NCBI RefSeq assembly: GCF_009914755.1
Contig: NC_060945.1
DNA: 64,000 bases
Source: the human T2T-CHM13v2.0 reference genome, Homo sapiens
Reading direction: 5' to 3' (one strand)
The position numbers and the translations under genes were made by a program. The notes beneath the pieces were generated by a model. It had not been told where the DNA came from. It was given only the letters and a program-made list of their open reading frames with translations, and did no database searches. Numbering within the stretch: position 1 is the stretch's first letter; each line of letters begins with the position of its first letter. Of this stretch, positions 27,409 to 41,779 are shown piece by piece.

Positions 27409-28560
27409 CGTGTTAGTTTCCTGGGGCTGTTGCAGCAAATTACCATAAACTGGGTGGCTAAAAACAAGAGGAATTTATTTTCTTACAGTTCTGAATAATA
27501 GTAGTTTAAAGTCAAGCTGTCAGCAGGATCATGCTCTCTCTGAAGGCTGTAGGGGAATGTCCTTCCTTTCCTCTTCCTGGCTTCTGAGGAATGTTAGCAA
27601 ACACTGGAATTTCCTGGTTTGTAGATACATTAGTCCAATCTCTGCCTCCCTCATCATGTTACAAGTAGAAGAGATCCCAGTTACCCTGAGTTAGCGGTGG
27701 TATATCTGTACAGGTCTGCAGCAACTTCAGTCCTTTCTCCTCAGAAGAAAGAATTTGACTTAGGAGCATAAAGCAGAAAAAGATACCAAGGCAAGTTTCA
27801 ACCAGGAGTGGAAGTTTATTTAAAAAGGCTTTAGAACAGGAAAGAATGGAAAGTTCACTTGGAAGAGACTCAAGAGGGTGCCTGAAGGTGAAAGAGGGAA
27901 GAGAGTGTTTACCCTTTATCTAAGGGCTTTCTAAACTCACCTCTTTCCCCATGATTCTTCCCTTTGAGTGGGCTTTCCACGTGCATGGTGCTCTCCTTAC
28001 CCTTGGGAATTGAGCACACACAGTGTGTTTAGGAAGGGGTACACATGCCCATCTGAGGCTTTTTTCCCTTTTTCTGGTGAAGTGAATCCAGAACGTCATA
28101 CTTTGCCATTTTTTTGTGTGCCATTTGGTGTGTGCAAACCCAGGCAGTTTCTTCTCCTTGGAGTCTGCATTCATTTAACACTAATGTTAATAGCTGTGGA
28201 TCATCAGGAAATGGCCTCTCCCTGGCACTCTGGGTGGGCTGCCAAATTATCATTTTTAAAGAGGTAGAGTGATAATTGTCAAACCATCACCTGACATTCC
28301 TAGTGGGTTGGGGAAGAGCCATCTCCTGCCCCGCTCATGACTATCTAATTACCTGTGACAATCACACAGCATTCTCCCTAACTGTATCTCTGACTAAATT
28401 GCCCTCATCTTATAAGACCACCAGACATTAAAGCAGAACCCACTCTAATCCTGTCTGGCCTTATCTGTATGACTTTATTATGTTCATAAAAACCCTAGAA
28501 ATTCACATTCACAGGCTCTAGGTATTAGGACTTCAACATGTCTTTTGGGGAGGACAAAGA
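27409..28560 (-). mobile_element. MLT1C-type LTR split by an ERV1 LTR
   Basis: ttagtttcctggggctg...ccaatctctgcctcc, resuming at cacagcattctcc...ggacttcaacatgtcttttgggg. Confidence 0.8.
27657..28360 (-). mobile_element. ERV1 solo LTR, MER50/LTR9 group
   Basis: TG...CA termini, cctcagaagaaagaatttgact and cctgacattcctagtggg motifs. 4-bp TSD ATCA at 27653-27656 and 28361-28364. Confidence 0.85.
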
Positions 28561-28649
28561 ATGTTATTTTTATTTTACATAATTTTGTATTGATTCTGCC
28601 TATATAACAGATATTTGCTTCAATTTTGTTTTCCTTTAAAACAAACTGA

Positions 28650-29250
28650 CCATGTTAATTCACTGAATCGGCAAATATGTAGCAAATATCTGTTATACAA
28701 TAGGCACTTTTCAAGTCACTGGAAATATAAACAGGTCGTGAGTATATCATGTAATGACTTTTCTAATAACTGGGAATATCTCAGAAAATACCAAGAAATC
28801 CTTGCCCTCGGGGAGCTGACATTCTAGTAGAGAGACAGAAAATGATAGTTTAGTAGACATTCTAGACTTTGTAAAGTAGACATTCTTTAAAGTAGTGTTA
28901 AAGTGCTATTGATAACAGCAATTTTAGTCAGAAATATGGAGTTTTATTTTACTGTGGATGATCTCAAAAGGTCTTTCTCATGTGTTGATCCTTAAATAAA
29001 GACGTTAATGAAATGAGGAAGCAATGTGTATGTCTTGTAAAACTGAGTTGGAAGAGGGGGATTATTAAAAACAATGGATCTGATACATGGGCGCATTTGG
29101 CAAGTATCAGGAAGACACTTAGGCCAAAAAGAAAAAAGCTATTTGAAACATGATGTATGCAGTAGCAAATACAGTGTCTGAAGTAATCAGGACTCATATC
29201 AAGTAGGACCCAATTTAAAGAATGGTAGGGACTTTAAAGATGGAAACTTT
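28650..29250 (-). mobile_element. L2 3' region
   Basis: aatccttgccctcggggagctgacattctagtagagagacag. Confidence 0.7.
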
Positions 29251-29936
29251 GGAAAAGTGAACTATTTCATAATAAATACTAAGGAAAACATAGATTGTAA
29301 TTTTTAAAGCTTTTAAATCCAGAAGAGCATTAATTGATTATCATGTTAACTTTAAATTGTAAGACACATTAATCATTCATTAACTACTGACCACTTTAAA
29401 TTAAAATGTCACAAAATATTAATATTCTAATTTTTGATACATTGTATTAAACTTACTTACTTTTAACAGTGCATCCTTGCGCTCATTACCAAGCAAGGGA
29501 GAACAACACATATTTTGTTTAAAAATAACACAGGGGCAAAATAAAATACTTCTCAGTCTAGAACTAACATGTTTAAACCACTTCGATTTCATATAAGGAC
29601 ATTACTGCCATACTGAAAACTTGGTTCTTAAATTTTTACCTTTGGCATTGCATACCTTTTTAGCCAAGGTTAAGGTTATGCAACGGACATCCAATATAAT
29701 TCCCTTGTCTTCACAGAAGGAAAGTAATAATGGTGACTGGGCTCTGAAGAGAAGGTCAAATGAGACACAACATAGATTTCTTTATGTTTTGTCCAGAGCT
29801 GTGCTTAATTTCAGAGAGTTTGTGTTTAAAAGTGGAAGATAATTCATGTAAAATATGTTTCATTATCATTTGTAGAAGCCAGGCATGTGTCCCTTAATAG
29901 TAAACGTTCCTAACATGTCAGAATATGAGTTCACAT

Positions 29937-32080
29937 TGTCACAGCAAAGAGAGTAAGTTGCTCCCAAATATCTATGTGTCCTTCCTGTGGTTGGGTTGAG
30001 TCATATATTTATTTCTGACCAGTAGGCTATAAATGGAAGCAATGTGTGTCTGTTCCTGGGTGAGGCAGGTAAGAGCCCTGGAAGCCACTTATCCAGATAC
30101 ATAGCTTGAAGGTGGAACAGAACCACCCACCTTTATTAAACTCTGAATGAACAAAAATGGAAACATTTTATTTTTCATTTCTATGTGTTGATTCTGTAGC
30201 ATGCCTAACATTATGCTGACTAGTATAGAAATTGGACCACCAGTAGAATGCTGCTGCAAAAATAAGGAAACCTAATTATAAGGTATCAACTTGGTAGTTG
30301 GGTGGGGGAAGGTAAAGAAAGTAAGATCCAAGCGTAAAGAGATGAAGATCCATATGAGCAGTAGCAAAACATGCTGAAATGTTGCCTAAGATCACCTGGA
30401 AAGCAAATCCTATGCCTACTGAACATGCAGCTCTAGGGTAAGAAGTTAGAAAACATGATGTTAATAGTTTGTGAGCATGGCTAGGGCTGCATTTAGTAAG
30501 GTCTTACAAGAAGGTGACAAGCTCTAAAAATGATTGGTCAATTTGCCAGTGCCAACATAAAAACAAATGCAGTCCTAAAGAAATTTAATTTGTAAGGTTT
30601 ATTGCAAGAGGCAGGAAAGAGACTATTGCAACAGAGGGGAGAAGACTCTTGCAATAAAGGAGAGTATTCCAACCATGAGATCTGCAAGCTTCTCAAAATT
30701 CAAGCAGAAAAGGTATTTTCTTTATGGGAAGGAAAATCAAGTCTAAAAAGAACTAAAGGTGCAGTTGGAAGATGATAAGGAAATGCTTTCCCTGAGGTCA
30801 GCAGATTATTTTTAAGGTGGGGCTGTATGCTTGCTCCAGCTGAACGGGGGGTCAATATTCAGAGTCTTTTGGGGAGGAAAGAATCTTAACTAACATTTGG
30901 TCAAGTCACTTAACAGGCATTTTGTTTTGATTAATCAGTGGGGACAAAAAAATTCCCCTAAACTCATATGAAGCAAAAACAGAAAATGTAGAGGTCTGTG
31001 TCTGTCCTTGCCATAAGTAAACAAGAGAGTCATCTGTAAGTGCAATAGTAAATCATGGGGGAAGGGCAGTTTTCTGCCACAAGCCTTTTCCACAACATGC
31101 AAGGGTGGGGGGATTTCTTTAACCATGACTGTTTTCCAGGTGCACGGGGATCAGATAAAGTTTAACATTGTCACAAGGAAAATTTGTGACACATTCAATG
31201 ACTGATGGAAAAGTCAATTTCTGTTACATTTCAAAGACTTGGTGCAAAGAAGCCTAGTAAAATCTTTCAAAGAGTGGCATGGGTTAAATATGAAATTAAT
31301 CATAATAAATTTCCAGAAACCTCCATTCATTGAGAGGGGTCATATGGGGCAGGAAAATGAAATTCCCCAGTAATAAAGATTTTAGAAACATGTCTCCTAA
31401 GAACTTTGGGTATGGTAATTAGCACATGAAAATGACAGAAATCAAATAGATAAACAGAGAAACTAAACTTTTATGGCAGTTTTGTTGGGAAAAAATTTAA
31501 GAGACTGGGGTAGAAAACTTTACCTATTTGGGATTTTTAAAGAAATGGTCTCTAAGCTTCCCCCTGTCAGAATTAGGCTGAGAAAACTGTACAACTGCAG
31601 GAAAGCACATATCCCAGTATCTACCTCAAATATGAACAAGTGTAGCTAATCCTGAGAACAAAAAAGTCAAGAGCCAGGAGAAGAAGGACCTCTGAGAAAG
31701 ACTATCAGATCTTAATCATGAACCGCATCTCAAACCTAGAATCCTTTAAAGTATCTTCCCAGTGACATTTAAGAATTCCTGAAGACCAGTCACTGACAGG
31801 ATAGGACCTTGCTGTATCCTTTAGGGAAGGTATATGTGTGCTGCAGGCATGGAAGGAAATTAAACTGATGTGTGGCAGACAGGACAGATTACATGTCTTC
31901 TCTACTTTTCTTTTTCCTTACTATGGCAGCCCCCATAGTCTGTGCAGAAGATTTAACTACAGATGGACTAGGATACTCAATACATTCAGATTATATAAGT
32001 GTAAGGGATAAACTGTTATTTATTAAGCCACTTAGCCACATTTTAAATTTTCCTGTTGTTGTAACTTCAGCATAGCTAAA
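29937..32080 (+). mobile_element. MLT1J-like MaLR provirus (LTR-internal-LTR), degenerate
   Basis: 5' LTR ends at ...ctgactagtata and is followed by gaaattggacca (internal start) and MaLR-int phrases (gcagtagcaaaaca, gctgcatttagtaagg). LTR-like 3' end ttattaagccact near 32020. Confidence 0.6.
30591..31175 (-). mobile_element. MER67-type ERV1 LTR inserted in the MaLR internal region
   Basis: Ends gggggatttctttaacc...gttttccagg...cagataaagtttaacattgtcaca. Confidence 0.65.
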
Positions 32081-33389
32081 CATTTCACTATTTAAGGTAA
32101 ATTGTAAACCACATTTGCTAATATCGTCATAACTTCCAACTCCATCTGCATGATTTGTTTTCTAATTTCTGTTCTATAAACTTACATATAACATGTGCAC
32201 ACATTATGTGTATGCCTAGATCCATTCTTTGTATTATTTTTACACAAAGCAACATGCTACTCTCCTTAACAAATTGTCTATTTATAGTATTCTCCCTGCA
32301 ATGATAACTATTTACCCTGATTTTTCCTCACATATGCAAAAGAAATACTGATTTTATACAGTGTTGTGGAAAGAATTCTTTTTAAAAAGACTCTTTGGCA
32401 CACTATCAACTCCAAATTTGTAACCTACTCAGATTACTTACAAAGACCTTAAGTGTATTAGAGTTCAAATAAGCAAGAATTTTTCTTCTTCTTTTTTGTT
32501 TATTTTTACCTCATCTCAGGCTCTGTTTTCAAAGAATTTTGCTATATAATGTACTGTCAGAAATAAACTTACGGAGAAATTAGTTTTTGTTACTAAAATA
32601 AATATATTGTTACTCATTTAAATCTTGTTTTAGAAAGGCTGATCATTTTATTCTAATGTAATATATTGAATTATGTTATAGCAATAATGTGATATATGAA
32701 ATCTATAGCATTATACACATAAACCCATAACAATCAAATTATAAACTAACTAACTGGCTATTAATATTTTTATTAGAACATTCACAATGTAAATATTAAT
32801 TTATATAGAAAGTACAAAATATTCTGTGCAAAAAACTTTACTGCTTCTAGACTAACATTTCTTACATATGCATATGGTTATATGGTCAAGTTATTAGATA
32901 TGCAATGAAATTCATGGTATGTCTGGTTTCATCACATGCTGATAAATAAACATTCTTACTTTTTGTGCAGTTTAATGTATATTAATGGATCTTCACACAG
33001 TCACTCTTAAATAATAATAATCATTACCCTTTACTATTAAGTAGCGTTTCCAAAGTTATAACCTCTCACAGGATGCCCTTTCTGAAGGATAATATCTGCA
33101 TACTCAAAATATTTTCTTTCTTAAATGTCTAGATTTTGATCTGTCTTATGACACATATTATAAATCTGAAAAATGACAACAAAACAGCAATAATTTTAGT
33201 AACAGAATCCCTAATTCTATAATCTTTTCTCTACAATAGGTATACTTTTTAAAATTTTCAGTCGAACTAAAGAGCTTTACTAACTAATATATAAGTAGAC
33301 ATATATCATTCATCGGGGACGCCCCAGAAACCATAACTCTAAACATCTTTGAAAATCTAGAAATAGTAAAAAGTTCAATTTTCTATATC

Positions 33390-33553
33390 CTTACAATTCA
33401 AAGTGTGGTCCATAAAGTACATTAATATCCTCTAGTAATTTATTAGAAATGTTGAACGTTAGGCCCTTCTCAAGACCCACCAAATCAGAATTCGTATTTT
33501 AATAAGGTATCCATGCGGCTTCTGTAGCTTCATTAAAGTTGGGAAGACACTGC
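33390..33553. mobile_element. MER5A
   Basis: tcaaagtgtggtcc...ttagaaatg...aatcagaat...taaagttgggaagacactg. Confidence 0.8.
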
Positions 33554-35154
33554 TCTTTACCCTACAGTAAAATGCTTGTTTATATTTTGATATAACTGAA
33601 AAGGAAAACAGTCATAATTAATATGATGCTAATATTTCATAAGTAAACTGATAAAAAGAAAAGAATGTTTATAGGACCTTAATGAAAAGAACTCTTCTTC
33701 CCCCACTCTTTCTTCAACTCTTGTGAAGACTAACACATTCCTACTCATTGCACATTAATATACTTTGTAGAAATACACTACATGTTAACTTGAAGTTTCT
33801 GAGGTAATTGCTAACCTCCTATTTCCAAAGTGGAGTTTTCAGATTGGACAATAACTCTGAAAAAGGATTTATAATCGCTTACTAGGAATGAGAAATGGCA
33901 AGAAGAGATTTTCCTCTCTCTTAAGTTGGGTCCTTACATTTATAATGCACAAGGGAGAAGTAAGGTGCTGTTTATAATATTACAGGACTATATTGTGTAC
34001 AATATGCTAATCATTCCATCACTTTTTTTCCTATCCAGATAAATCTAAATTTCGTTTTTTGTAAAGGCAATGATAAAAATATTTTCTATAGAAAACTTGA
34101 AGAAGCTGTTTACGTAAGGCAATTAAGAACTTGCCTAGATACAAATTCATTGAACTAAAAAATATGTTCTGATGGCCATTCAAGCTTGAAAACAGCAAAA
34201 CATCAGTTTGCAGATCCAGAAAAGGGCCTTAGAGAGCAATAAGAGAAGATGAAAATCATCATTCTGAGCACATTAAAAAAATTAGCCCTGAGATAGCCCC
34301 TCTGTTTTGATACTCATTTATATCTTAAAAGTAGTTTTAAAATAGATTTATAGATAAATATTTGTGACAAAATTCAGGGAAAAAAAAGAAAAAAACGAAT
34401 GAATAATACTTGATTTTCTGCAAGTAAATTTCAATTTATTTTTAAAAGTGCAGTCCTTTTAATGTTACTCATTTTAAATGGAGCAAAAAATGTCATTGTG
34501 ACCATTAATTTCCTCATCTGTAATGTATGTTTGTGAATAATGAACCATATTTCCCCACTGTGTAAACTACACCACAGGGACTTAAAACACTTTCAGAAAG
34601 TTGTACAAACTCTTTTGGGTCACTAGGATACCACTTAGGAAATTAGCACTCATTACAGTAAATGATATCCTGGTGGCTTGGAAAGGTCGACACAGCTTTC
34701 CAAAAATTATAACTCCCTCAGAAAGTATAGCTCAATGGTGATTACATTATTTGTGCTGCATTTATCTTGATATTTTTAAATAAAGATTTTCTTGTGGTGT
34801 GGTAAACAAGAGAGTATTTTTGCTGCGTATGTAAAAAGGCTAACTAAAATATCTTTAAAGATATCTTTCATATGCTCTGTAAATAAATAAGAAATAGTTG
34901 ATCTCTTATTTGAAATATAAATTATTCTAATATGTTGTATAATAGATTACAAATAATATGCCTATTAGATCACAATTCTGTACTTTACCAATAGGCTTTA
35001 ATTATTATTGATTATACATGTATATAGAAAGCAACAGATATTCGTAACTACTATTTAAAGGCGTTAGGATGTGATTCATACATATTATTTCCACTATTAT
35101 GAAAATATTTGGCATATATTTAAATGACAGAATCTGTGAGTTAAGGTATGTACA

Positions 35155-35390
35155 AATAGCTAACATTCATTGAGATATTAATAATGATTGCTAGGCAATC
35201 TTCTTTGTATCTTATGTAACTTAATTTAGTTTTTCTTCTTAACAATTTTCTGAAGTAGGGACGGATATATTATTATGTGCTTGGACATATAAGAATAGAT
35301 AAGGATAATGATCATTTGAATGAATCAGTTAAATGTGTAGGTTCACACAGAAAATTAAATGCTAATTTCCATAGCCAAGTCTGTCTTAAA
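35155..35390 (-). mobile_element. MIR fragment
   Basis: atagctaacattcattgag...tgctaggca; weak match. Confidence 0.45.
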
Positions 35391-35579
35391 ATTTGCTTGG
35401 ATTTTTCTATGCTATACTACAGAGAAGTAGATTACTCAGTTTTTAGGAGAATTGAGTATTCACAATGAATTCTATGATGCTCTGGAAATTTGCAAAATTA
35501 AAGTCGACTACAGTGCAAACTCACTGTAAATACATTGCTTGGAAGGAAGTCTTGTATAATCATCTTCACTTTTAATACA

Positions 35580-35960
35580 TATAAGCCCTTCAAACACAGC
35601 AAGCCCCAAACCTGCTCCAAAGGTAATTTTCTATTGTTTAGCAATTGTTACAATTGTCCCTATCCAGAGAATATTTTTTTCTAATTTCTTTAACTCAGCC
35701 CACTTAAAGTCATTACTAAAATTTTCAACAACAATGCTGTATTCTACAAAAACACTATGGTTACCTTAGTCCAGGACACTAGTATCTCTCACTTGGATTA
35801 CAGCAGTAATCACTTAACTGACCTCAGTGACAGCTTACTTCTGCCATCTCACTCCACTTCTCACATTTCAATCAAAGAGATCATTTAAGAATGCAAATCA
35901 ATAACTGAATTCCCCTTTAAAATACTAATGAGTGTATTTGCAATGTGTCTAAAATAGGAT
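35580..35960 (+). mobile_element. L2 fragment
   Basis: ttagtccaggacactagtatctctcacttggattacagcagtaatcacttaactg. Confidence 0.65.
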
Positions 35961-36155
35961 CAAAGTCTCTATTTCTTTCTTTGTTATTTTTAAACTACAA
36001 CCCTTTACCCAGCCAAACTACCAAACAACTGTGCGGGGAGAGTAAATGCATCTTCAGACATACAGATTATCTAGAAAATGGCTTTGAAACACCTTTGCTT
36101 AGGGATTTCTAGATGATATGTACATCACAAATGAGAACATAAACTAAGAAAAAAG

Positions 36156-36847
36156 TGTAGTTGGCAAAGTGTCCAGCTGCTTGTTGCTTGTAGAAAGAAG
36201 CCAAAATAATAATGAGTTGTGATAGAAAGAGAGGAGCTTTATCAGCTGCACTAGCAAGGGAAAAAGAGGGAGGAATTATTTCCCAAAAATCTCCACTCCA
36301 ATTTGTGGAGGGAAGGCAGGGGTTTTTAAAGAGAGAGGAGTTTGGAATGCAGGAGAGGAGGGGGGCTTGGATGCATCAGGTGGTGTGATCCACTCCAATG
36401 GCTTAATTTGACTTATTTTTCCATTTGGTGAAGAGGCCGACACCATCCTGGGCCCAGGCAGGTTACAAATTAATTGCAGTCAATCTTGCAGTTAATTTCT
36501 AACCCCTAGTGAGTTTTGGCCTTGACCGGAGGCAGAATTCTGGAGGTACCTGATCCATGTAAGGACCTAGCTCCTGATGTTTCTAAAGAAATATATGACC
36601 AGATAAGTGAGCATGGTGTGTGCTTAACACACATCCACATAAATGAATGTGCATAAGGCATGGGGGGGTAGAATGGGAAAAGAAAGGAAGTGGAGGTCCA
36701 CAGCACATCCTGAGGCTATAGTTCAAGATGAAAGGAAACATATATTAAGTTTGTCTCAAAAGTTATATCTTGAGATTGAGGAGAAAGGAGAAAGAAGATA
36801 AAAAGTTTTAAAACATGGTTTGAAGCCAAGCTAGCTGTCCTGTTACA
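36156..36847 (-). mobile_element. ERV1 (MER4-group, MER87-like) solo LTR
   Basis: TGTA...TACA termini, a GC-richer ~690-bp block, and flanks aaag/aaat as an imperfect 4-bp TSD. Subfamily uncertain. Confidence 0.6.
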
Positions 36848-37686
36848 AAATGACAAAAGGACACATAAGATACAATGAATACTCCTTTTTATTCAATAAA
36901 GGGAAGAGACAAAGGGAATCTCCAGGATAATGAACAAAAGAAATAGTACGGCAGCTGTGCGCAGGATATGTGATATTGTCCATTAAAATAAGAGCAGGCT
37001 ATATATCCTGGGAAATGTTTCATTGGTAAGATAAAATTTATATAATACCTAAGTATCTCAACACAGTAAATAAATTTGATGCAGTTCTTTGGAGAATTTG
37101 GAGTTGAAATGGTGACAAAAACATGCAAAGATAAACAAATGAAACAAAATAAGATAATTATTAATGCCACAAAAATATGTATTTTTAGGAAAATAAATAT
37201 ATTAGTAGTTTTCTACAAGGTTAAAATTTAAATAGTATTTAAACACTTATTGTAACATAAGTCTGGAATATTTATCTACCATAAATTTTATAAAACTTCT
37301 TTGAAAAGGTGATTAAATTGAAAGAATGTCTTGTATTGTATGTGAGAAATAAACCCTTATGAACACCAGGAAGTGACTGTTTTTCCTATTCTGATGTCCC
37401 AGTTTGGTATTTAGATCAAAAGAGCAATGATGGAATTATAGAAGCAAGGAAGTATTTCTTAACACTGATTTAGACTGCAATGGAGGAAAAAAAAGAGATA
37501 CCAATAACTAAAGATTATGCCCTTACTTTCTCTAGTTTATACTTTCAAAGCAAAAATAAGCAAATAAGTAAATCAAAAAACTACTCTCCCCTACCAATCT
37601 TATATTTATTTTAAGCCCTCCAAAATTGCTACCAATCATAACGATGAAGATGTTCAGACTCATTGATTTTCATTCCTTAATATTAT

Positions 37687-37726
37687 TGTATTAGCCAGGG
37701 TTCTCTGGAGAGACAGAACTAATAGG

Positions 37727-37797
<71 letters not shown>

Positions 37798-38230
37798 TAT
37801 ATATACACACACACACACACACACATATGTATATATATAAAGGGGAGTTTATTAAGTATTAACTCAAATGACCACAAGGTGCCACAGTAGGCTGTCAGCA
37901 AGCTGAGGAGCAAGGAGAGCCAGGATGAGTCCCAAAACTGAAGAACTTGGAGTCTGATGTTGCAGGGCGGGAAGGATCCAGCATGGGAGAAGAATGTAGG
38001 CTGGGAAGCTGGGCCAGTCTAGTCTTTTCATGTTTTTCTGCCTGAGTCATATTCTAGCCACACTGACAGCTGATTAGATGGTGCCTACCCAGATTAAGGG
38101 TGGGTCTGCCTTGCCCAACCCACTGACTCAAATGTTAATCTCCTTTGGCAACACCCTCACAGACACACCCAGAATCCATAGTTTTCACCCTTCAATCCAA
38201 TTAAGTTGACACTCAGTATCAACCATCACA
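37687..38230 (-). mobile_element. MLT2A1 (HERV-L) solo LTR with internal (TA)(CA)n microsatellite
   Basis: tgtattagccagggttctct...gttgacactcagtatcaaccatcaca; 5-bp TSD ATTAT. Confidence 0.92.
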
Positions 38231-39501
38231 ATTATTATTACTTTGCATGTGATTTTTATTATAATTTTATTATCATAAGACAAGGGATTCTCATATCATA
38301 AGAGAATACACATGAAACAGTTTTAGTTGGAGTTTGGTCTTTGCCAAAATCCAATTAAATATTTTAAGAAGATAGAACACTCAGTTGAACAAATAGCCAA
38401 GAAGGAATTTGAGGAGAGTAGGAATTTGATAGCACTTTTCTCATCTTTGCTCTACATTCTTGTATTTGATATAGTGAGGCAAGATGAAGTAGAAAACTTC
38501 CTAATTTCTGGATCCTCCATCAGGAAGGAATGAAAAGAATGAAACTTGTGTTTAACATTCTGGATTTTCCTGGAGAATGTTCAAGGAATTGGTTTCTGTT
38601 CTACCTGATATGGGCCATTGATGGTAATCATTGTATACCTTGGAAACCAAGTAGGAGGTCTGTAGTGCCATGGAGTATTAGGACAATGAGGAGTTGACAG
38701 TTTTTTCAGGTAGGCACTTGGGGGCAAAAGGAGTGTACAGTGCTTTCAAATTAGGAATGCAATAAAAATAAAAATGAAAGCTTTGAGGGCAAGCATCTTG
38801 AGAAAAATAAACAGTTAAAAGCATTGACATATAGAATAAAACCAGACTCACAAGTTCAGGAAAGACATATCCCAGAAAATTCTTGAGAGGTCTAAGAATC
38901 TCTAGCCAAGCTGACTAGTAAAGGTCTTCTCCTGCATGGAGGCAGTGCGTAAAGATTACAAGAGATTTTTATGCTTTTTTCAAATACATAAATCTCCATA
39001 AAGGTCACAAGGCATACCTAGAAATAGGGAAACATAGGATAACCAAAGAGACAAAATAAATCTCCAGAAAGCCACCCTCAAGAAACACAGATTTCTTAAG
39101 TACTCGACAAACAATTTAAACAACTTTCTTAAAGATGTTCAATAAACTAAAGGAGAACACAGATGGACAAGTCAACAAAATCAGCAAAATGAGGCAGGAA
39201 CACAATTAGAATATTAACCAATAGGAACTATAAAGCAAAGAACCAAACAACTTTTAGAGCTGAAAAATACAATACCTAAATTGAAAAATTCAGTAGAGGG
39301 GTTCATCTATGGTCTTCACCAGGAAGAAGAAAGAATCAGCAAACTTGAAGACAGGTTATTCAAAATTACTGAGTCAGAGGAGCAAAAAGAAACAAAACAA
39401 TGATAAAAGTAAAAAGAAACAATTGAAATTACTAAAATCAGAAATAAAAGAGAGGACATTACAATTGAAGCCACAGAAATAGAAAGCTTTATAAGAAAAT
39501 A

Positions 39502-39924
39502 CAGACCATGCACAATGTGAGGGTTTGGAGTTCTGAACCCCCACACAGTCGAAATTCTACATATAACTTCTGACTTACACCCAAATTTATTACTAACTTA
39601 CTGTTGTTTGAAAGACTTACTAGTGACATAAACAGTCAATTAACATATATTTTGTATGTTACAAGTATCGTGTTATATTCTGACAATAACATTAGTTAGT
39701 TAAAAATGTAATTAAGGGAATTATAAGCAAGAGATGACATATTTATTATTCATAAAGTGAAAGTGAATAATTCTAAAGGTCTTTATCTTGTCTCACATTC
39801 AGTAGGCTGACGAGGAGGCAGAAGAGTGGTTGATCTTGCTGTGTCAAAGGTGACAGAGGAGGAATAACATCTGCATATTATCAGATCCATGTTGCACAAA
39901 CCCATATTGTTCAATGGTCAACTG
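39502..39924. mobile_element. Tigger2a (MER28)
   Basis: Flanked by TA; cagtcgaaattctacatataacttctgact...gttcaatggtcaactg. Confidence 0.85.
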
Positions 39925-41393
39925 TACTATGGAAAAATGTACACGAATTTTGGGTGTACTATGAAAAATTGTATACCAAAAAATTGAATGAACTAGAAGA
40001 AATGAACATATTTCTAGAAACACACAACACACTGAGCCTGAATTGTGAAGAAATAAAAAATCTAAACAGACCTATAGTAAGGAGATTGAATCAGTAGTTA
40101 ACAGTCTTCCAATAAATGAAAGCACAAGACCAGAAGCCTTCTTTGTAGATTTTTAACAAATATTTAAATAAGAGTTAACATCAACACTCCTCAAACCATA
40201 GTGACATTTTGAAGAAAGAATAATTTCATACTCATTTCATGAGGCTGACATAATCCTGATACCAAACCCCAGCAAACACACTACAAGAACAAAAACTTAC
40301 AAATCAATACTCTTACTGCTTATTAATGCAAAAGTACCTAAGAAAATACTAACAAACTGAATCCAATATCACGGGGTTTATTTCCTGGAATACAAGGACA
40401 GTTAATTAGGAAACAATCAAAGGGAGCTGGCAAAAGATAAAAGAAATAAAAGGCAACTAAATTAAAAAGAAGGAAGTAAAATTGTATTTGTTCTCAGATG
40501 ATATCTTATGTGTAGAAAACCTTGAAGATTCCACAAATAAATGTTTAGAAGTAATGAAAATATTTAGCAAGACTGCCTGACACAAAGTCAACATGCAAAA
40601 AATTAGTTGCATTTCTATACACTAACAATAAACAATTCACCCCCAAATTAAGAAATTAATTCCATTTACAATACTATCAAGAAGAATAAAATACTTTGGA
40701 ATAACATTAACTTAGGTAGGAAAATACTGGTACATCAAAAACTATTTAAAAGGGAATTATTTAAATAAATTTTGAAACACAAATAAATCAAAAGTCACGC
40801 TGTGTTCATGAATTTGGAACACTTAATATTGTTAAGATGTCTATACTACCCAAACTGATCTACACACTCAATGCAACCTCTATCAAAGTCCCAATAGCAT
40901 TTTTTCATTTATATGAAACCTTAAGGGACCTTGAATAGCCAGAAACATCTTGAAAAATAAGAGAAGTCTCACACTTTCTGATTTGAAACATTATAAAGCT
41001 ATAGTAATCAAAACATTGTGGTACTGGCTTAAAGACAGACATATAGACCAATGCAATAGAAATGAAAGCCTAAATTTAAACCCTCCCAGATACAGTCAAA
41101 TGATCTCCAATAAAGGAGTCAAAATGACTCAATGGGCAAAAGACAATCTTTTCAACAAACGGTGATGGGAAAACTAGATATCCATGTGTAAAATAATAAA
41201 GTTGAACACTTAGTTTACGCTACATACAAACAATAATTCAAAATGGATTAGAGACCTAAACCTAAGACCTCAATCTATAAATATCTTGGAAGAAAACATA
41301 GGGCGAAACTTCATGATATTGCATTTGGCTATGATTTCCTTAAAAAGGGCATCAAAAGTATAGTCAACAAAAGCAAAAATGGAGAAATAGGAC

Positions 41394-41779
41394 TGATAAG
41401 GTTTGGCTGTGTCCCCCCTCCCCCACACCCCCGCAAATCTCATCTTGAATTGTAGCTTCCGTAATTCCCCTGTGTTGTAGGAGGGACCCGGTGTGAGATA
41501 ATCGAATGATGAGGGAAGTTGGGCAGTTTCCCCTATACTGTTCTTGTGGTAGTGAATAAGTCTCATAACATCTGATGGTTCTATAAGGAGAAACTTAACT
41601 GGCTTGATTCTCAGTCTCTCTTTTCTGCCACCATGTAGAACATGCCTTTTGCCTTCCACCATGATTGTGAGACCTCATCAGCCATGTGGAACTATGAGTC
41701 CATTAAACCTCTTTTTTTTTTCATAAATTACCCAGTTTCAGATATGTCTTTATCAGCAGCATGAAAACAGATTAATACA
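41394..41779 (+). mobile_element. THE1B solo LTR
   Basis: tgataaggtttggctgtgtcc...agcagcatgaaaacagattaataca; TSD AGGAC/AGGAT within L1 ORF2. Confidence 0.9.

Noticed and set aside
30846-30859. GGGGTCAATATT, also present in the 62051/63181 duplicate
   Set aside because: Only ~12 bp and inside an unrelated LTR; consistent with chance.
41270-41662. 130-aa minus-strand ORF
   Set aside because: Antisense read of the THE1B LTR running into L1.
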